A stretch of DNA of 64,000 nt, from NCBI RefSeq assembly GCF_009914755.1, contig NC_060932.1; one strand, written 5' to 3'. This document shows, in pieces, positions 1 to 22,408 of this stretch. The notes beneath the pieces are model-generated. The model saw only the letters and a list, made by a program, of their open reading frames with translations, was not told the DNA's origin and searched no databases. The translations under genes and the position numbers were made by a program. Every line of letters begins with the position of its first letter. The first letter of the stretch is position 1. Source of the DNA: the human T2T-CHM13v2.0 reference genome, Homo sapiens.

Positions 1-612
1 TTTTGTTTTTCTAGCTTCTCAATGTGGAAACTTATAATATTGATTTAAGATTTTTTCTTTTAAGATAAGCATTTAATAATATGTATTTTCCTCTATGCAC
101 TGCCTTAGCTGCATCCCACAAATTTTATATTGTATTTTTCATTCACTTCAAAGTATTTTCTAATTCCCCTTGAAACTTTCTTTTTGACATATAGATTATT
201 ATGTTGTTTAATTTCCAAGTGTTTGGGATTTTTCAGTTATCTTTTCATTATTGATTGCTAATTTAATTGTATTATGATCTGAGAACATACTTTGTATGAT
301 TTCAAGGCTATTGCACTTAGTAAGGTTTGTTTTATGACCTTGGATATAATCTATCATAGTGAATGTACAATGTGCATTTCAGAAGAATGTATATTCTGTT
401 CTTGTTGGGTGGGCGTAGTGTTCTGTAAATGTCAATTGAATCCAGTTGGTAGATGAAATAGTTCAACTCTTTATATTTACTGATTTTATGTTGGCTTGTC
501 CTATCTGTTACTAAGAAAGGAATGTTGAAATCTCTAACTATAGTTGTGGACTTGTCCAGTTCTTTCAATTCTAACAGGTTTTGCTGTGTGTATTTTGAAG
601 CTCTTTTGTTAG

Positions 613-1280
<668 letters not shown>

Positions 1281-1501
1281 TGACTCTTTTATTATTATGT
1301 ATTGCCTCTCTTTATCTCTGGAAATTATCTTTGCTCTGAAGTCTCTTTTGTCTAATATTAATATAGGCACTTCGACTTTCTTTTGATTAGCGCTTGCATG
1401 GTATATCTTTTCCCATTGTTTTATTTTTAACCTACTTGTATTATAAAATTGTAGATGGTAAATAGTTGGGTCTGTTTTTGTTTGCTTTAAAATCCACTCT
1501 G

Positions 1502-1799
<298 letters not shown>

Positions 1800-1984
1800 T
1801 CCAATCTGATAATCTCTTTTGGATCACTTTATTTCATGTAAATATCAATATGTTTGAAATTAGGTCTCCCTTTTTAGTATTTGGTTTCTGTTTGTTCTGT
1901 TTTTAAAATTCCTGTTTCCTCTTTCTTGCCTTCTTTTGGATTATTTGATTTTTTTTTTTTTTTGTATTTCATTTTAATTTATCT

Positions 1985-2592
<608 letters not shown>

Positions 2593-2643
2593 ATCTGTTG
2601 AGTTTTAACCACATCTTCCATTGTATAGTTTAACTTTTTTTTT

Positions 2644-2941
<298 letters not shown>

Positions 2942-3138
2942 TTAAATAGATTGTTCTATAATATTATGATATATATACCTAATATTTCATAGTCTACTTA
3001 GAATTCATATTTTACCACTCCATGTGGAATGTAGGAACCTTACCACCACGTGGGTTTCTTTACCCTCCCCCTTTCTGCTTGTAGTTGTTAACTATATTAT
3101 ATTTACATACATCAAAAACTCTTTAAACCATGAGATAA

Positions 3139-3433
3139 TTTTTTTTTTTTTTTTGAGACAGGCTCTTGCTCTGTCATCCAGGCTGGAGTGCAGTGGTGCA
3201 GTCATGACTCACTGCAGCCTCTACCTTTGAGGCTAAAGTGATCCTCCCATCTCAGCCTCCCAAGTAGCTGAGATTAACAGGTATGCACCACCAAACCCAG
3301 CTAATTAAAACAATTTTATTTTTGTAGAGACGGTCTCTCCATGTTGCCCAGGCTTGTCTCAAACTCCTAGGCTCAAGTGATTCTCAGCCTCCCAAAGTGC
3401 TGGGAATATAGGTGTGAGCCACCGCGCCTGGCC
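3139..3433 (-). mobile_element. AluJ
   Basis: Full Alu; target-site duplication (TSD) catga(g/t)ataattttt. Confidence 0.9.
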
Positions 3434-3447
3434 ATGATATAATTTTT

Positions 3448-5513
3448 AAAATTTTATTTTTAATTATTACAGGTACATAGTAGTTGTATATATTTATGGA
3501 GTACTTTTTTTGTAGAGATAGGGTCTTGCTCTGTTGCCCAGGCTGAAGTGCAGTGGCACGATCACAACTCACTGCAGCCTTAAACTTCTGGGCTTCATTG
3601 ATCCTCCTGCCTCAGCCTTCCAAGTACCTGGGACAATAGGCTCATGTTATCACACCAGGCTGGCTAATTTTTAACATTTTTTGTAGAGACACTGTGTCAC
3701 TATGTTGTCCAGGCTGGTCTTGAACTCCTGGCCTCAGGTGATCCCCCTGCCTTGGCCTCCTAAGGTGCTGGGATTACAGGCATGAGCCACTGTGCCCAGC
3801 CTACAGGTAACGTTTTCATACAGGCATACAATGTATAATGATCAAATCAGGGTAAATGGGGTATCCATCCTCTCAAGACTTTTTCATTCTTTTTGTTAGA
3901 AACTCCAATTTCACTCTTTTAGTTATTTAAGAATATACAATAAATTGTTAACTAGAGTCACCCCATTGCCCTATTGTGCTACCAAATACTTGATCTTATT
4001 CATTCTCTCCAACTGTATTTTTGTACCCATTAACCATCTCTGCTTTATCTCCCACTTCCCATTATCCTTTCATCCTCTATCTCCATTCACTCAGGTTTTT
4101 TGTTTTTTTTTTAACTTCTTATATATGAGAACATGTGGTATTTGTCTTTCTGTGCCTGGCTTATTTCACTTAACATGTTGTCTTCCAGTTTCATCCATGT
4201 TGTTGAAAATGACAAGATTTCTTCTTTTTTGGAGAAAGAGTCTTGCTCTGTCTCCCAGGCTGTAGTGCAGTGGCGCAATCTCTGCTCACTGCTACCTCCG
4301 CCTCCTGGGTCACGTGATTCTCCTGCCTCAGCCTCCTGAGTAGCTGGGATTACAGGAACCTGCCGCCACGCCTGGCTAATTTTTGTATTTTTAGTAGAGA
4401 TGGGGTTTCACCATCTTGGCCAGGCTGGTGTTGAACTCCTGACCTCATGATCCACCCACCTCGGCCTCCCAAAGTGCTGGGATTGCAGGCATGGGCCACC
4501 ACGCCTGGCCTAAGATTTCATTTTTTATTGCTAAATAATATTCAATTGTATATTTGTGCCACATTTTCTTTCTCTGTTGCCCAGGTTGGAGTGCTGTGGC
4601 ATGATGTTGGTTTACTGCAACCTCTGCCTCCCAGGTTCAAGCGATTCTCTTGCCTTAGCCTCCTGAGTAGCTGGGATTACAGGCATGTGTCACCACACCC
4701 AGCTAATTTTTGTATTTTTAGTAGAGATGGGGTTTCACCATATTGGCCAGGCTGGTCTCAAACTCCTGACCTCAAGTGATCCTCCTTAACCTCCCAAAGT
4801 GCTGGGATTACAGGCATGAGCCACCATGCCCAGCCCACATTTTCTTTATCTATTTATCTGTTGATGGACATTTAATTTGCTTCCATATCTTGGCTATTGT
4901 GAGTAGTGCTGCAATAACCATGGGAATGCAGATATCTCTTCCATATACTGACTTCATGTCTTTTGGATAGATGCTCAGCAATAAGATTGCTGAATCATAT
5001 GGTAGTTCTACTTTCAGTTTTTTGAGGAGCCTCCATACTATTCTCCAGGGTGGCTGTACTAGTTTATATTTCTACCAACAGTGTAGGAGGGTTCCCCTTT
5101 CTCCATGTCCTTGCCAGCATTCATTATTGCCTGTCTTTTGGATAAAAGCCATTTTAACTGGGGTGAGATGATATCTTACTGTAGTTCTGATTTGCATTTC
5201 TCTGATGATTAGTGATGTTGAGCATTTTTTCTTATGCCTGTTGGTCATACATTTGAGAAGTGTCTATTCATATCTTTAGCTCATTCTAAAATTGGATTGT
5301 TTTTCTCCAGTGGAGTTGTTTGAGCTCCTTATATAGTCTGGTTATTAATTCTTTTTCAGATGGGTAGTTCGCAAATATTTTCTCTCATTCTGTGGGTTGT
5401 TTCTTCACTTAGTTTCCTTTTCTCTTCACTGTTTCCTTTGCTGTGCAGAAACTTTAGCTTGATGTGATCCCACTTGTCCATTTTTGCTTTGGTTGCCTGT
5501 GCTTTTAAGGTCT
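3448..5513 (-). mobile_element. 5'-truncated L1MA-type 3' end, carrying three antisense Alus (3505-3801, 4225-4511, 4565-4835)
   Basis: L1MA 3'UTR signature 'caggcatacaatgtataatgatcaaatcagggtaaatggggtatccatc' and ORF2 3' sequence 'tttgcatttctctgatgattagtgatgttgagcattttt'; TSD catgat(a/g)taattttt. Confidence 0.85.
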
Positions 5514-5543
5514 CATGATGTAATTTTTCTTTCAATTGTCATA

Positions 5544-6590
<1,047 letters not shown>

Positions 6591-6849
6591 TATACATATT
6601 ATAAAGAATTTAAGATAAAAATAGTCTATTATATTTAACCAGATTTTTACCATTTTTGTTTCTCTGTCTTCATTCTTGATGTTCTAAATTTCTTTCAGGT
6701 ATCCTCTTTCTTCCGTTTGAAGAACTTTCTTTAGTATTTATTTTACAACAAGTCTACTAATGACAAATTCTCTTGATTTTTCACTTGAGAACGCCTTTAT
6801 TTCCCTCTCATTCTTGAAGAATATTTTCATTGGATATAGAATTCTTTTA

Positions 6850-8363
<1,514 letters not shown>

Positions 8364-8895
8364 TAATAGATTTTCTTATGTCAAACATTCCATTTTTGAA
8401 TTCCAGAAATTAAACACAACTAGGTCATGGTATATATATCTTTCCTTGAATATGCTAGTATTTCATTTGGAAGCTCTGCATCTATGATCATAAATGATAT
8501 TGCTCTACTGTATTTTTTATTCTGTGCTTAGGAGGTTTTGATATTATAGTTAAGATCCTAATGAAGTGAGTTGAGTAGCTGTATTTCTTAGAGTAAAAGC
8601 TAAGCTCCTATAACAACAACAATAACAACAACAAAAACCCCAAATATGGTTGTTTAAATAAGATGGAAGTGTACTTCTTGCTCATAGTCTAGAAATGAAT
8701 GGTGCAGGCTGGTGGGGCAATTCTGCTTGGTGTAGTCATTTGGAGACCTGAGGGTTTCCCATTTTGTTTCTCGGCCATCTCCTAAAGGTGTTTGTCTTCA
8801 TCTACACGGCGATACAAGTTCAGCTCTGTATGTGTGCGGCCCTTAGGAAAGGGAGAATAGGAAAGAGGAGGGTGAGCAATTTCCTTTGAAACAAA

Positions 8896-9630
<735 letters not shown>

Positions 9631-9749
9631 TCGCCATTTCTCCATAGCAAGTAATGGAGAAATGGCACCATTATTTGCTCATCATCAAAGGTGAGCATTT
9701 AGTCAGACACTCCTCAGTTGCAAGGAAGGTTGGAAGATGCAGGCCGTAA

Positions 9750-10114
<365 letters not shown>

Positions 10115-10125
10115 ACATGTTTTTA

Positions 10126-10467
<342 letters not shown>

Positions 10468-10522
10468 TTAAGAAAATGAGTTTCTAAAACCATCTGGGAC
10501 AGATATCATTTAGGGAAAGAGA

Positions 10523-10846
<324 letters not shown>

Positions 10847-11009
10847 TGATGGTAATTGGTTTAGTTAGGCTTTCCATTTATTTTTGCATCATTTTAGCTA
10901 TTTATGACTAGAAAATTATCCATTTTATCGGAAGTATTTAATACATAAAACTTTTCATAAAATTTTCAAATCTTCTGTGTAAGTGGAAACAGTAATTTTT
11001 TATTCCTGA

Positions 11010-11325
<316 letters not shown>

Positions 11326-11520
11326 ATTATCCTTTCTATTGTTTGTTTTTTGTTTCATTAAGTTCTGATCTTATTTATTTTAGCTTTATCTTTATATGAA
11401 ATCACACATACACATAAATTAAAGAGTTAAATTGGTCTATAAGACTTATTATGAAAAACAGCAGTCCCCTACTCCTTGCCTCACATTTCCCTTTCTTCAG
11501 AGGCAACCTTTTTCAGCTCA

Positions 11521-11645
11521 TTGATTGATTGATTGAGATGGAGTTTTGCTATGTTGCCCAGGCTGGAGTGTAGTGGCTATTCACAGGCGTGATCATAGCT
11601 CCAGGCAGCCTAGAGCTCCTGGGCTCAAGTGATCCTCCCACCTCC
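11521..11645 (-). mobile_element. FAM (fossil Alu monomer, 7SL-derived), 5'-truncated
   Basis: Retains the 7SL/FAM-specific segment 'agtggctattcacaggcgtgatc' that dimeric Alus lack; TSD cctttttca(g/a)ctc. Confidence 0.85.
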
Positions 11646-12037
11646 TTTTTCAACTCTTTCAGCTAGTTTTTTTGGTGTTTACCTCTTTCTCTCTAAATAA
11701 TATGCTTATATTCATTTTTCAACTATAGCTTTTACTTATGGTCTTCCCTCTATGGACAATAAAGCTTTGGCTCTCTTCCACCCCCTTCTCCACCACTACA
11801 CATACACTATTTTGTCCCTTAATCCTTTCAATACCATAATTTTGATGAGATCAATATCAAATATTTATATTACTATGACTATTGTAACACTAGTCACAGC
11901 TGAGCCATATAGTATACTGTGATTATTTTTCCTTTTCTGCACAACCTTTTATTTTCCCTGGAGTTCATGATTGTCTTCCTTTTTCATTTGCTTCATTTTC
12001 TATATTCTTATTGCTAATTTAGTCCAAGTTATATAAA

Positions 12038-12728
<691 letters not shown>

Positions 12729-12879
12729 TGATCTGCTGCAATCTGGACTGGTTGCCTTCCACACTTATTCACAGCTCTTATCTTGGTGTCCCCTTTCATC
12801 ATTGTCCCAGGGATTCCCTTCCTCTCTTTCCAGGTTTGGTTTTGTATTCCATAGCTTCCTCTTTTTGTTTTCTTATTTT

Positions 12880-13750
<871 letters not shown>

Positions 13751-13838
13751 TTTTTGGGTCCATTTTATGTGGAAGGGTAGTATAGCTTCAAATACAGCCA
13801 TTTGCTTTTATCAGTAAAGAACACAGAAACTACTCTAG

Positions 13839-14153
13839 GGCCAGGCACTGTGGCTCACGCCTGTAATCCCAGCACTTTGGGAGGCCGAGGCAGGTGGATC
13901 ACGAGGTCAGGAGATTGAGACCATCCTGGCTAACACGGTGAAACCCCATCTCTACTAAAAATACAAAAAATTAGCCAGGCCTGGTGGCAGGCACCTGTAG
14001 TCCTAGCTACTCGGGAGGCTGAGACAGGAGAATGGTGTGAACGCAGGAGGCGGAGCTTGCAGTGAGCCAAGATCACGCCACTGCACTCCAGCCTGGGCGA
14101 CAGAGCCAGACTCCGTCTCAAAAAAAAAAAAAGAAAAAGAAAAAGAAAAAAGA
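13839..14153 (+). mobile_element. AluY
   Basis: 'gatcacgaggtcaggagattgagaccatcctggctaacacgg'; TSD agaaacta(c/t)tctagg. Confidence 0.95.
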
Positions 14154-14816
14154 AACTATTCTAGGTATTTCAAGCAGAAAGGGATCAAATATAGGGAATT
14201 GGGTGCTAACAAAAAGAAAATCAGGGGATGCATGTAACTTTCAGATTGACCACTGTAGCTATAGTCCAGAGAGTCTAGAAGTTGCTGTTATCATCTATTA
14301 ATAGATGTCAGAGAACTGGAGGAAATCTCTGCTGGTATCACACTTATCCTGCATCCCTGGGGTCCATGGGTGGCAGGGGAATGGAGTCTAGCCAGACTCT
14401 ACATAAACTATGTCTGACCGAGTCTAGACACCCACTGCCTCTGCTGGAGGAAGAAAATGACTCATCTCCAATCTCCCTTCCAAATCTCTGGTACAAAGTT
14501 TAGAAGAGGGTAGCAAGACGCTAATAGAAACAGAAACAAAAAATAAAAATAAATACATAAAGCTAGCTTCTCTACTGTCCTCTTCTAGATCTCTCTTAGG
14601 CTAGAGTCCCTTAATCTACTTATGTCTTGTCTTTCATATTTTTCCTTCTTTTCCTCTTTGTATTTCATTTTGGATAAATTTTTCCATACTATCCCCCATT
14701 TCATCATTTTTTCTCTGACTACACTCAGTCTAGAGTTTAACCTGAATATTGAGGCTTAAACAATTCAATGGCTATTTTTTGTGTCTAAGATTTCCAGTTT
14801 GTTCTTTTTCCTTGAG

Positions 14817-15428
<612 letters not shown>

Positions 15429-16821
15429 TAATCTTTTTTATTCCCACTTCTTGTTCCATTCCTATTTTCATCTAATATTTATTGCTTATTTTTAATATGT
15501 TTTTATGATTTCTTTGAGAAATGTAAATGTATATATACTTCAAAACCTATCCTCTATGAAACTGATAGATTTTAGTACTAGTCTATAAAATTGGTAGATT
15601 TTTATGACTTCTGCTCTATAAAACTGATGTCAACTGGAATGAATTAATGTTGTTTATTGATTTTACTGTCTTTCTTAGCATTAGACTTTTTCATTGTTAA
15701 AATGTGTTTTGGAATTTTGATTTGCAGATCCATTTCTAGTGGCAGTTTTCCCCCTTTGATTTGTTTTGTTTTTGTCTTTTTTTCTTCTCTTCCTGAATGC
15801 ACAGTTTATAGTTTTGTGGTTGCCTCCACCCATTTTCCTAAGCCGCTGTTCCAGCGCCAGCTCTTACGTGTTATTTCATGGTTCCTTATTCTGTGCCAGA
15901 ATGATGCCAATCCAGATGAGGAGCTGTGGGTGGCTTGGCATGGGTCCTCACTTTGAGGCTGTGCTCTATTTCCACCCCACTTTACCTCACCCTACCCTGG
16001 TCTCCAGCATCTAAAAGTAGGGTCTTCCTCTGGGCTTTCTCCCAGGACAACGTTTTTCAAGTAAACATTTCTATTGAAATATAACAGATATACAGAAACG
16101 CACATGAATCGTAAAGGGGCACCTCAATGAGTTTTCACAAAGTGAATGCTCCTGTGTAATAAACCCCCAGAGCACAAAAAGAACATTCTTGGCCTCCAGA
16201 AGACCCCTGGTGTTCATCTTAGTCACTGCCCTTTCTAAGGTAACTGGGCTCCTGGCTTCTCTAAAACCCTTTGGGACTCAGAGCCCAGCAGCATGTCAGT
16301 CACAGCCCCATTTAGTGATTTTGGGCTCTGTTCTTGCTTCTGGTTCACAGAAAGCTTGCCTTGTTTTTCAGCCCAACTGTGTGTGTTGGGTTATATGCGA
16401 AAATGTTTTATTTACTGCTGGTTTGTGGTTGGAACAGAGAACTCACCGCTCCATCTTGACTGCAAGTCCAGCAGAACCTGTTTATGGGACAGTCACTAGT
16501 TCTGACCGGAGACCAGGGAAATGGTAGCAGATGCGCTGGGTTCAGCGGATGAAAAGCCTTTGTATGCTCACTAATAAATTCAGATGTTGTCCTCCAGTTA
16601 GTGAATGGATGATGAAAGACTGCATGCAGGAAAATGAGATGCTTTGGGATGTGTACATTTTAGAATTATTTCTCTGGCTAAACCAGGGAGGATGGAATGA
16701 AGGAGAGCCACACACAAACAGTTTTACCAGCTGGGAGGGAATTTCTGTAATTCGGGTGAGGCGTGCCCAGGGTCCATGAGGGCAGTGGTTGTGGGAGTGG
16801 CAAGATTATAAAAATGAATTT

Positions 16822-17118
16822 GCCGGGTGTAATGGCTCACACCTGTAGTCCCAGCACTTTGGGAGGCCAAGGTGGGTGGATCACCTCAGGTTGGGAATTC
16901 AAGACCAGCCTGACCAACATGGAGAAACCCCATCTCTACTAAAAATACAACATTAGCCAGGCGTAGTGGCGCATGCCTGTAATCCCAGCTACTCAGGAAA
17001 GCTGAGGCAGGAGAATGGCTTGAACCTGGGAGGCGGAGGTTGCAGGGAGCTGAGATCGTGCCATTGCACTTCAGCCTGGGCAACAAGAGTAAAAACTCTG
17101 TTTCAAAAAGAAAAAAGA
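16822..17118 (+). mobile_element. AluS within probable L2 remnant
   Basis: Alu consensus; TSD aatgaatttg. Confidence 0.9.
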
Positions 17119-18399
17119 ATGAATTTGGGAGATAAATAGGAGGTGATTGATTGGACGGATGTCAAGGATGACTTTTAGTTTCTGAAAACTGGTAAAAGGT
17201 GGTGCAATTTATAGGACTTAAGGAATGCTGGGGATGGAGCAGGTTTCTGGGCATTTATTTCATTTGCCAGTTTTGTTAGTGGTTGGCTCTGCATGTCTTC
17301 TCCCAAGCTTCTGGTCCCATGACTCATCTGACAGATGGCGTTTGTTGAGTCCCTGCTGGTGAGGGCTGGAGCCTGGGGAGATAAGGATGTGGAGGGACAT
17401 AACTAGGAGACAGGGCCACCTTCAGGCTGGGGCTCTTTGCAGTGGGCATTTGTCAGCGTACAGGAAATGCCTGTGCTCAGATTTCCTGCCCACAAGGTGC
17501 GGGGGTGCGAGATGCATGTGAAGCTTGGGCCCCTTTGTGGAAATGAGGGAGAGGGAAGCAGAGAGTCAAGTGCATGAGAAGTAAATAGAGACCCTGAGAA
17601 AGAAAGGCAGACCTAGGGGAAAGGAACTCCAGTTTTTCCTTTCTTCTGGTTGGTCAGAGTTCAGTCCTTTGCCCCCACCCTAACACCTTCTGCTTCTAAA
17701 GGTCCTTCATTACTTGGGACCCAGCTTCCTACTGCAGCTCTTCCCCAACCACCTCTACAGAAGGGGTAGAGAATTCAGTGGCTCGATACAAATGTATCTT
17801 GGCATCTTGTAGTCAGGAGGACAAATTTTGCCTTCTCTGTGATCCTGCAGAAGGCATCCCAGGAGGTCTATGATGTTTCCGCCTTCTGATCCTTCTTTCT
17901 CTCCACGTACCCCTTAACCTCTTCCCATCATCAAGCCCTCTTTAGCTTGCCTGGGAGCCAGGCTGGGTGTTGCAATCCTCCTGGGCCAGGCTGTTAACTG
18001 AGTAGCAATCTGAGCAGGTTCTAGAAGCGCGTCCCTGGAGTCTAGGGTTTCCAAGGAGTCAGCTCAGAACCTAGAAGTTCACTCTATGGAGGGTCAAGGT
18101 ACAGAAACCTGAGAATGAGGAATAAGCTGAAATCTATCACTGCATCTCCCTAGGCCTCAGAAACAGGTGGGTCCTGCTGCTGTGGTCTTCCTCACACTCA
18201 TTCTTATTGCTGCTTATTTTAGGCAGAAACAATAGTAGGATGCTATGACCTGTGAAATCATAATCCAACCCTTACATTCCGTAGATGAGGCCCAGGGAGG
18301 TTAAACTGATTTTTCCACCTCAATCCAGGAACTTTCTACTTTGTTATTCCTTCCCCACCCCCACCCTTGGCTCCCAAAGGGCTTTAGGGTCAACTTAGT

Positions 18400-19800
18400 G
18401 AGCTCTAGGGTGCCATTGCCAATCCAGATATTGACGGTCGGCCCCATGGGCAGCGCAGGGTCCGAGTCTGGGGTTTGATCAGAGTCTTAAGTTCAGCGGG
18501 TCTCTCCCCTGCAGGCCCCTGCACCTGGGGTTGGGAGAATGAATAAGGACCTTGTCTGGTAGGAATTTCTTTCCTCTGCTGTTTGCTTTGGGTTTTTTCC
18601 CTCTCCATTCCTGGCGGCTAACCCAATATTTGGCTTTCTAAATTTCTAAATTTCTGTGAGCACTAAATATATTTCTTCATTTAACCCCGAGAATCATGGT
18701 TTCCTACCTGCTTCCCACGACCGGATCCACAGCCTGGAATGAAAACAGAACCCCGAGGGCATCGGCAGCTCAGGGCTGAGGGGGTGGTGGTTCCGGGGAG
18801 GGGGAGGAGCAGAGCCAGGGAGGGAGGGTGCACTCACCCACGCTGGGCATCTCAGACATCCTGAGAAAGCAGGAACAGAGGGAGGGGGGAGACGCTTTGG
18901 CTTCTCTCCCAACTCCCCGCAGCCGGGGCCCTGCTCCTCCCCTCCCTATCTAAAAGGGGGCCTGGTCCCCACCCACGGCGCCTCTGCACAGCCCCAACAT
19001 CCCAGGTGCAGGCCGTGAGCTAGACCTGGGGCGTGGTGAAAGCAAGCAAAACCTGCGCCTGAAGCCCGCTCCGCCACACCTTGCCCCCTGCAGACCCTTC
19101 TAGCTGGGCCGCGGCCCTCTTGCACGGACTCTTAGAGGGCTCCTCCACCGCCCTGCGCTCCCCACTGTAAATAGTCAAGGCCGCGGTATAGCTGAGCTAA
19201 ATTGTCCTGGTAAATTGAACGGGGCAGTGGAAAATTCCCCTCCGGAGCCTCCCGGGGAGGAGCTCTAAGCAGCTGCTACCGAACCCCAGGGCTTGTTAGG
19301 CACCTGCCTTTCAGGTTCTCCACCCACTCAGCCCCCAGCTGGGGAGGAGGTGGCTGTTTCCTTCTCCTTCGGAGCAGGAAGGGAGAGGCAAGAGACCCTG
19401 CTCCCCAGCCCTGACCTGAGCTAATGTCTGCTAAAACATCTCCTCTTAAATCAGACTTGGTTTTCCAGATTTGGGAGCCGGTGGCAGTACATTCTGTCTC
19501 CGTCTGGCTGAGCAGGAAAACAGGAGACAGAGCTTCCTACCACCTGATTTACAGCCTTGGCGTGGTTTTGAGACACAAATCACCCGAGAGAGCGGCTCAG
19601 TTGTAGTTCTGCAGATGCGATCCGGTAGGATCACCTGGCAAGATCGCTTCCCGCCGGTGGGGAGGTCCACAGGGCCTGGGAAAAGGCCTCCTCCCAGACT
19701 GAAACGCCGCCCACTGCCCGCCCCCCGAATGTGTCTGGGACCCCACTGGGCCATGTTGGAGCCTGGGGGATGGACGATGTGGGGGATAGTAGGGCAGGCG
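18400..19800. promoter_or_regulatory. Candidate cis-regulatory element: GC/CpG-enriched unique DNA with kB, CTCF-like and forkhead motifs
   Basis: CpGs visibly retained outside repeats; GGAAAATTCCCC (19229-19240), TGCCCCCTGCAGAC (~19082-19095), TGTAAATA (~19166-19173). Motif evidence only. Confidence 0.45.
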
Positions 19801-20069
19801 GCAGTGGGTCCACAAGTCCTGATGACCAGCAGGGCCATTCCGACCTTCCTCGGTCCCCTCATTCCCTTCCTTGCCTGTACCTGCCTTTGTTTCTTCAACC
19901 TGAATCTGTCAAGCACTCCCCAAGCACCAGGCACTGTCGTAGCTGCCCTAGAAGGACACAAGAATACTAAGTCTCTGGCCCTGCACTTAGTTCCAGAGGA
20001 AGAGGAGATAGGAATGTAAATGCTTGCAACAAAAGGCTGAATGCAGTTAGTGTCATGACACAGGTATAG

Positions 20070-20750
<681 letters not shown>

Positions 20751-21569
20751 TTGTTTGCCCCTGTGTCAGAAGCCATGTGGTTTCTTTGAGGTTGGCATCA
20801 GGCCGCCATCAGCCCCTTTGCCCTGCCCCCACTACCAATGCTTGGGCTCAGCTGTCCCATTAAAGCGAGGTATGCTGTGGGCCTCAGTTCAACTCCCAGC
20901 TCTTGTGAGAGGGCCACAGGGCTCTTTGGATTAGGCTGCCATGAATTTGGTTGATCCAAAAGATGAGGTTTGGGGGACCCCTTATCTGCTTCCTACTCCT
21001 AGCACTGTGTGCTCGTTCTCTGCTCAGGGTGGTCTGCCGTGTGATGGACGCCTTGTTTGCACCCACTCCTTCCATCCGGACCATAAGAAGAATTCTCCTC
21101 TGCTTTCCACGGGACACAGTGTGGGCATGGCTTCACTCCACTCCAGTAGAGGGCTGATACTCAGTACAGGGCTGATGACGCCCCAGCATGGATCTGGGTG
21201 CTGGGCACACTGTGATACAGTGGAGGATCTCCCTGTCCTCAGGTGCTCCCAGCCCACTGACACTTGTGAATTAGCTTTGCACTCACAATTGTCTTCCCTC
21301 CCCACAGGGCAAGGAGGTGGGTCAGTGAGGTGCTATTGCGATTCCCAGTATGGAGACAGGTGGCCCGAAGCTCAGCATCTTAGTGGTTTGCCCACATTCT
21401 TGCCATCATCTGGTGGGACTTAGGTTCAAGTCTTACTTTTGCCACCGTGACATTGGACAATTTTCTCCTCCATGAAAGACCAACCTCAGTGTGTTACTAT
21501 CAGATCAACTGTGTAACATAGCATATGTCTGGCACATAGAGGGCATGGTACAAGGTCAGTTTTCCTTCC

Positions 21570-21837
<268 letters not shown>

Positions 21838-22408
21838 ATTTTTGAGACTGAGTCTTGCTGTGTTGCCCAGGCTGTAGTGCAGTGGCGCAATCTCAGCTCA
21901 CGGCAATCTCCGCCTCCCAGGTTCAAGCAATTCTCCTGCCTCAGCCTCCCGAGTTGCTGGGCTTACAGGCGAGTGCCACCACACCTGGCTAATTTTTGTA
22001 TTTTTAGTTGAGACGGAGTTTCACCATGTTGGCCAGGCTGGTCCTGAACTCCTGACCTCAGGTGATCCGCCTTCCTCGGCCTCCCGAAGTGCTGGGATTG
22101 CATCGTTCATTCATTCTAGAGACAGGGTCTCACTTGGTTGCCCAGGCTGGAATGCAGTGGCACAATCATAGCTCACCACAGCCTCCAACTTCTGGGCTCA
22201 ATTGATCCTCCTGCCTTGGCCTCCTGAGTAGCTAGGACTGCAGGTATGTACCACCATGCCTAGCTAGTTTTTAATTTTTTTGTAGAGACGAGGTCTCACT
22301 CTGTTACCCATGCCGGTCTTGAACTCCTGGACTCAAGGGATTTTCCTGCCTTGCTGCCTTGGCCTCCCAAAATGCTGGGATTACAGGTGTGAGCCACTGC
22401 ACCCAGCC
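21838..22408 (-). mobile_element. AluS (21838-22102, tail replaced by the GAA tract) and AluJ (22115-22408)
   Basis: Alu consensus matches. Confidence 0.93.

Noticed and set aside
19446-20019. Overlapping 171-aa and 182-aa ORFs
   Set aside because: No recognisable domain; long ORFs on both strands are expected in GC-rich DNA; no exon chain found
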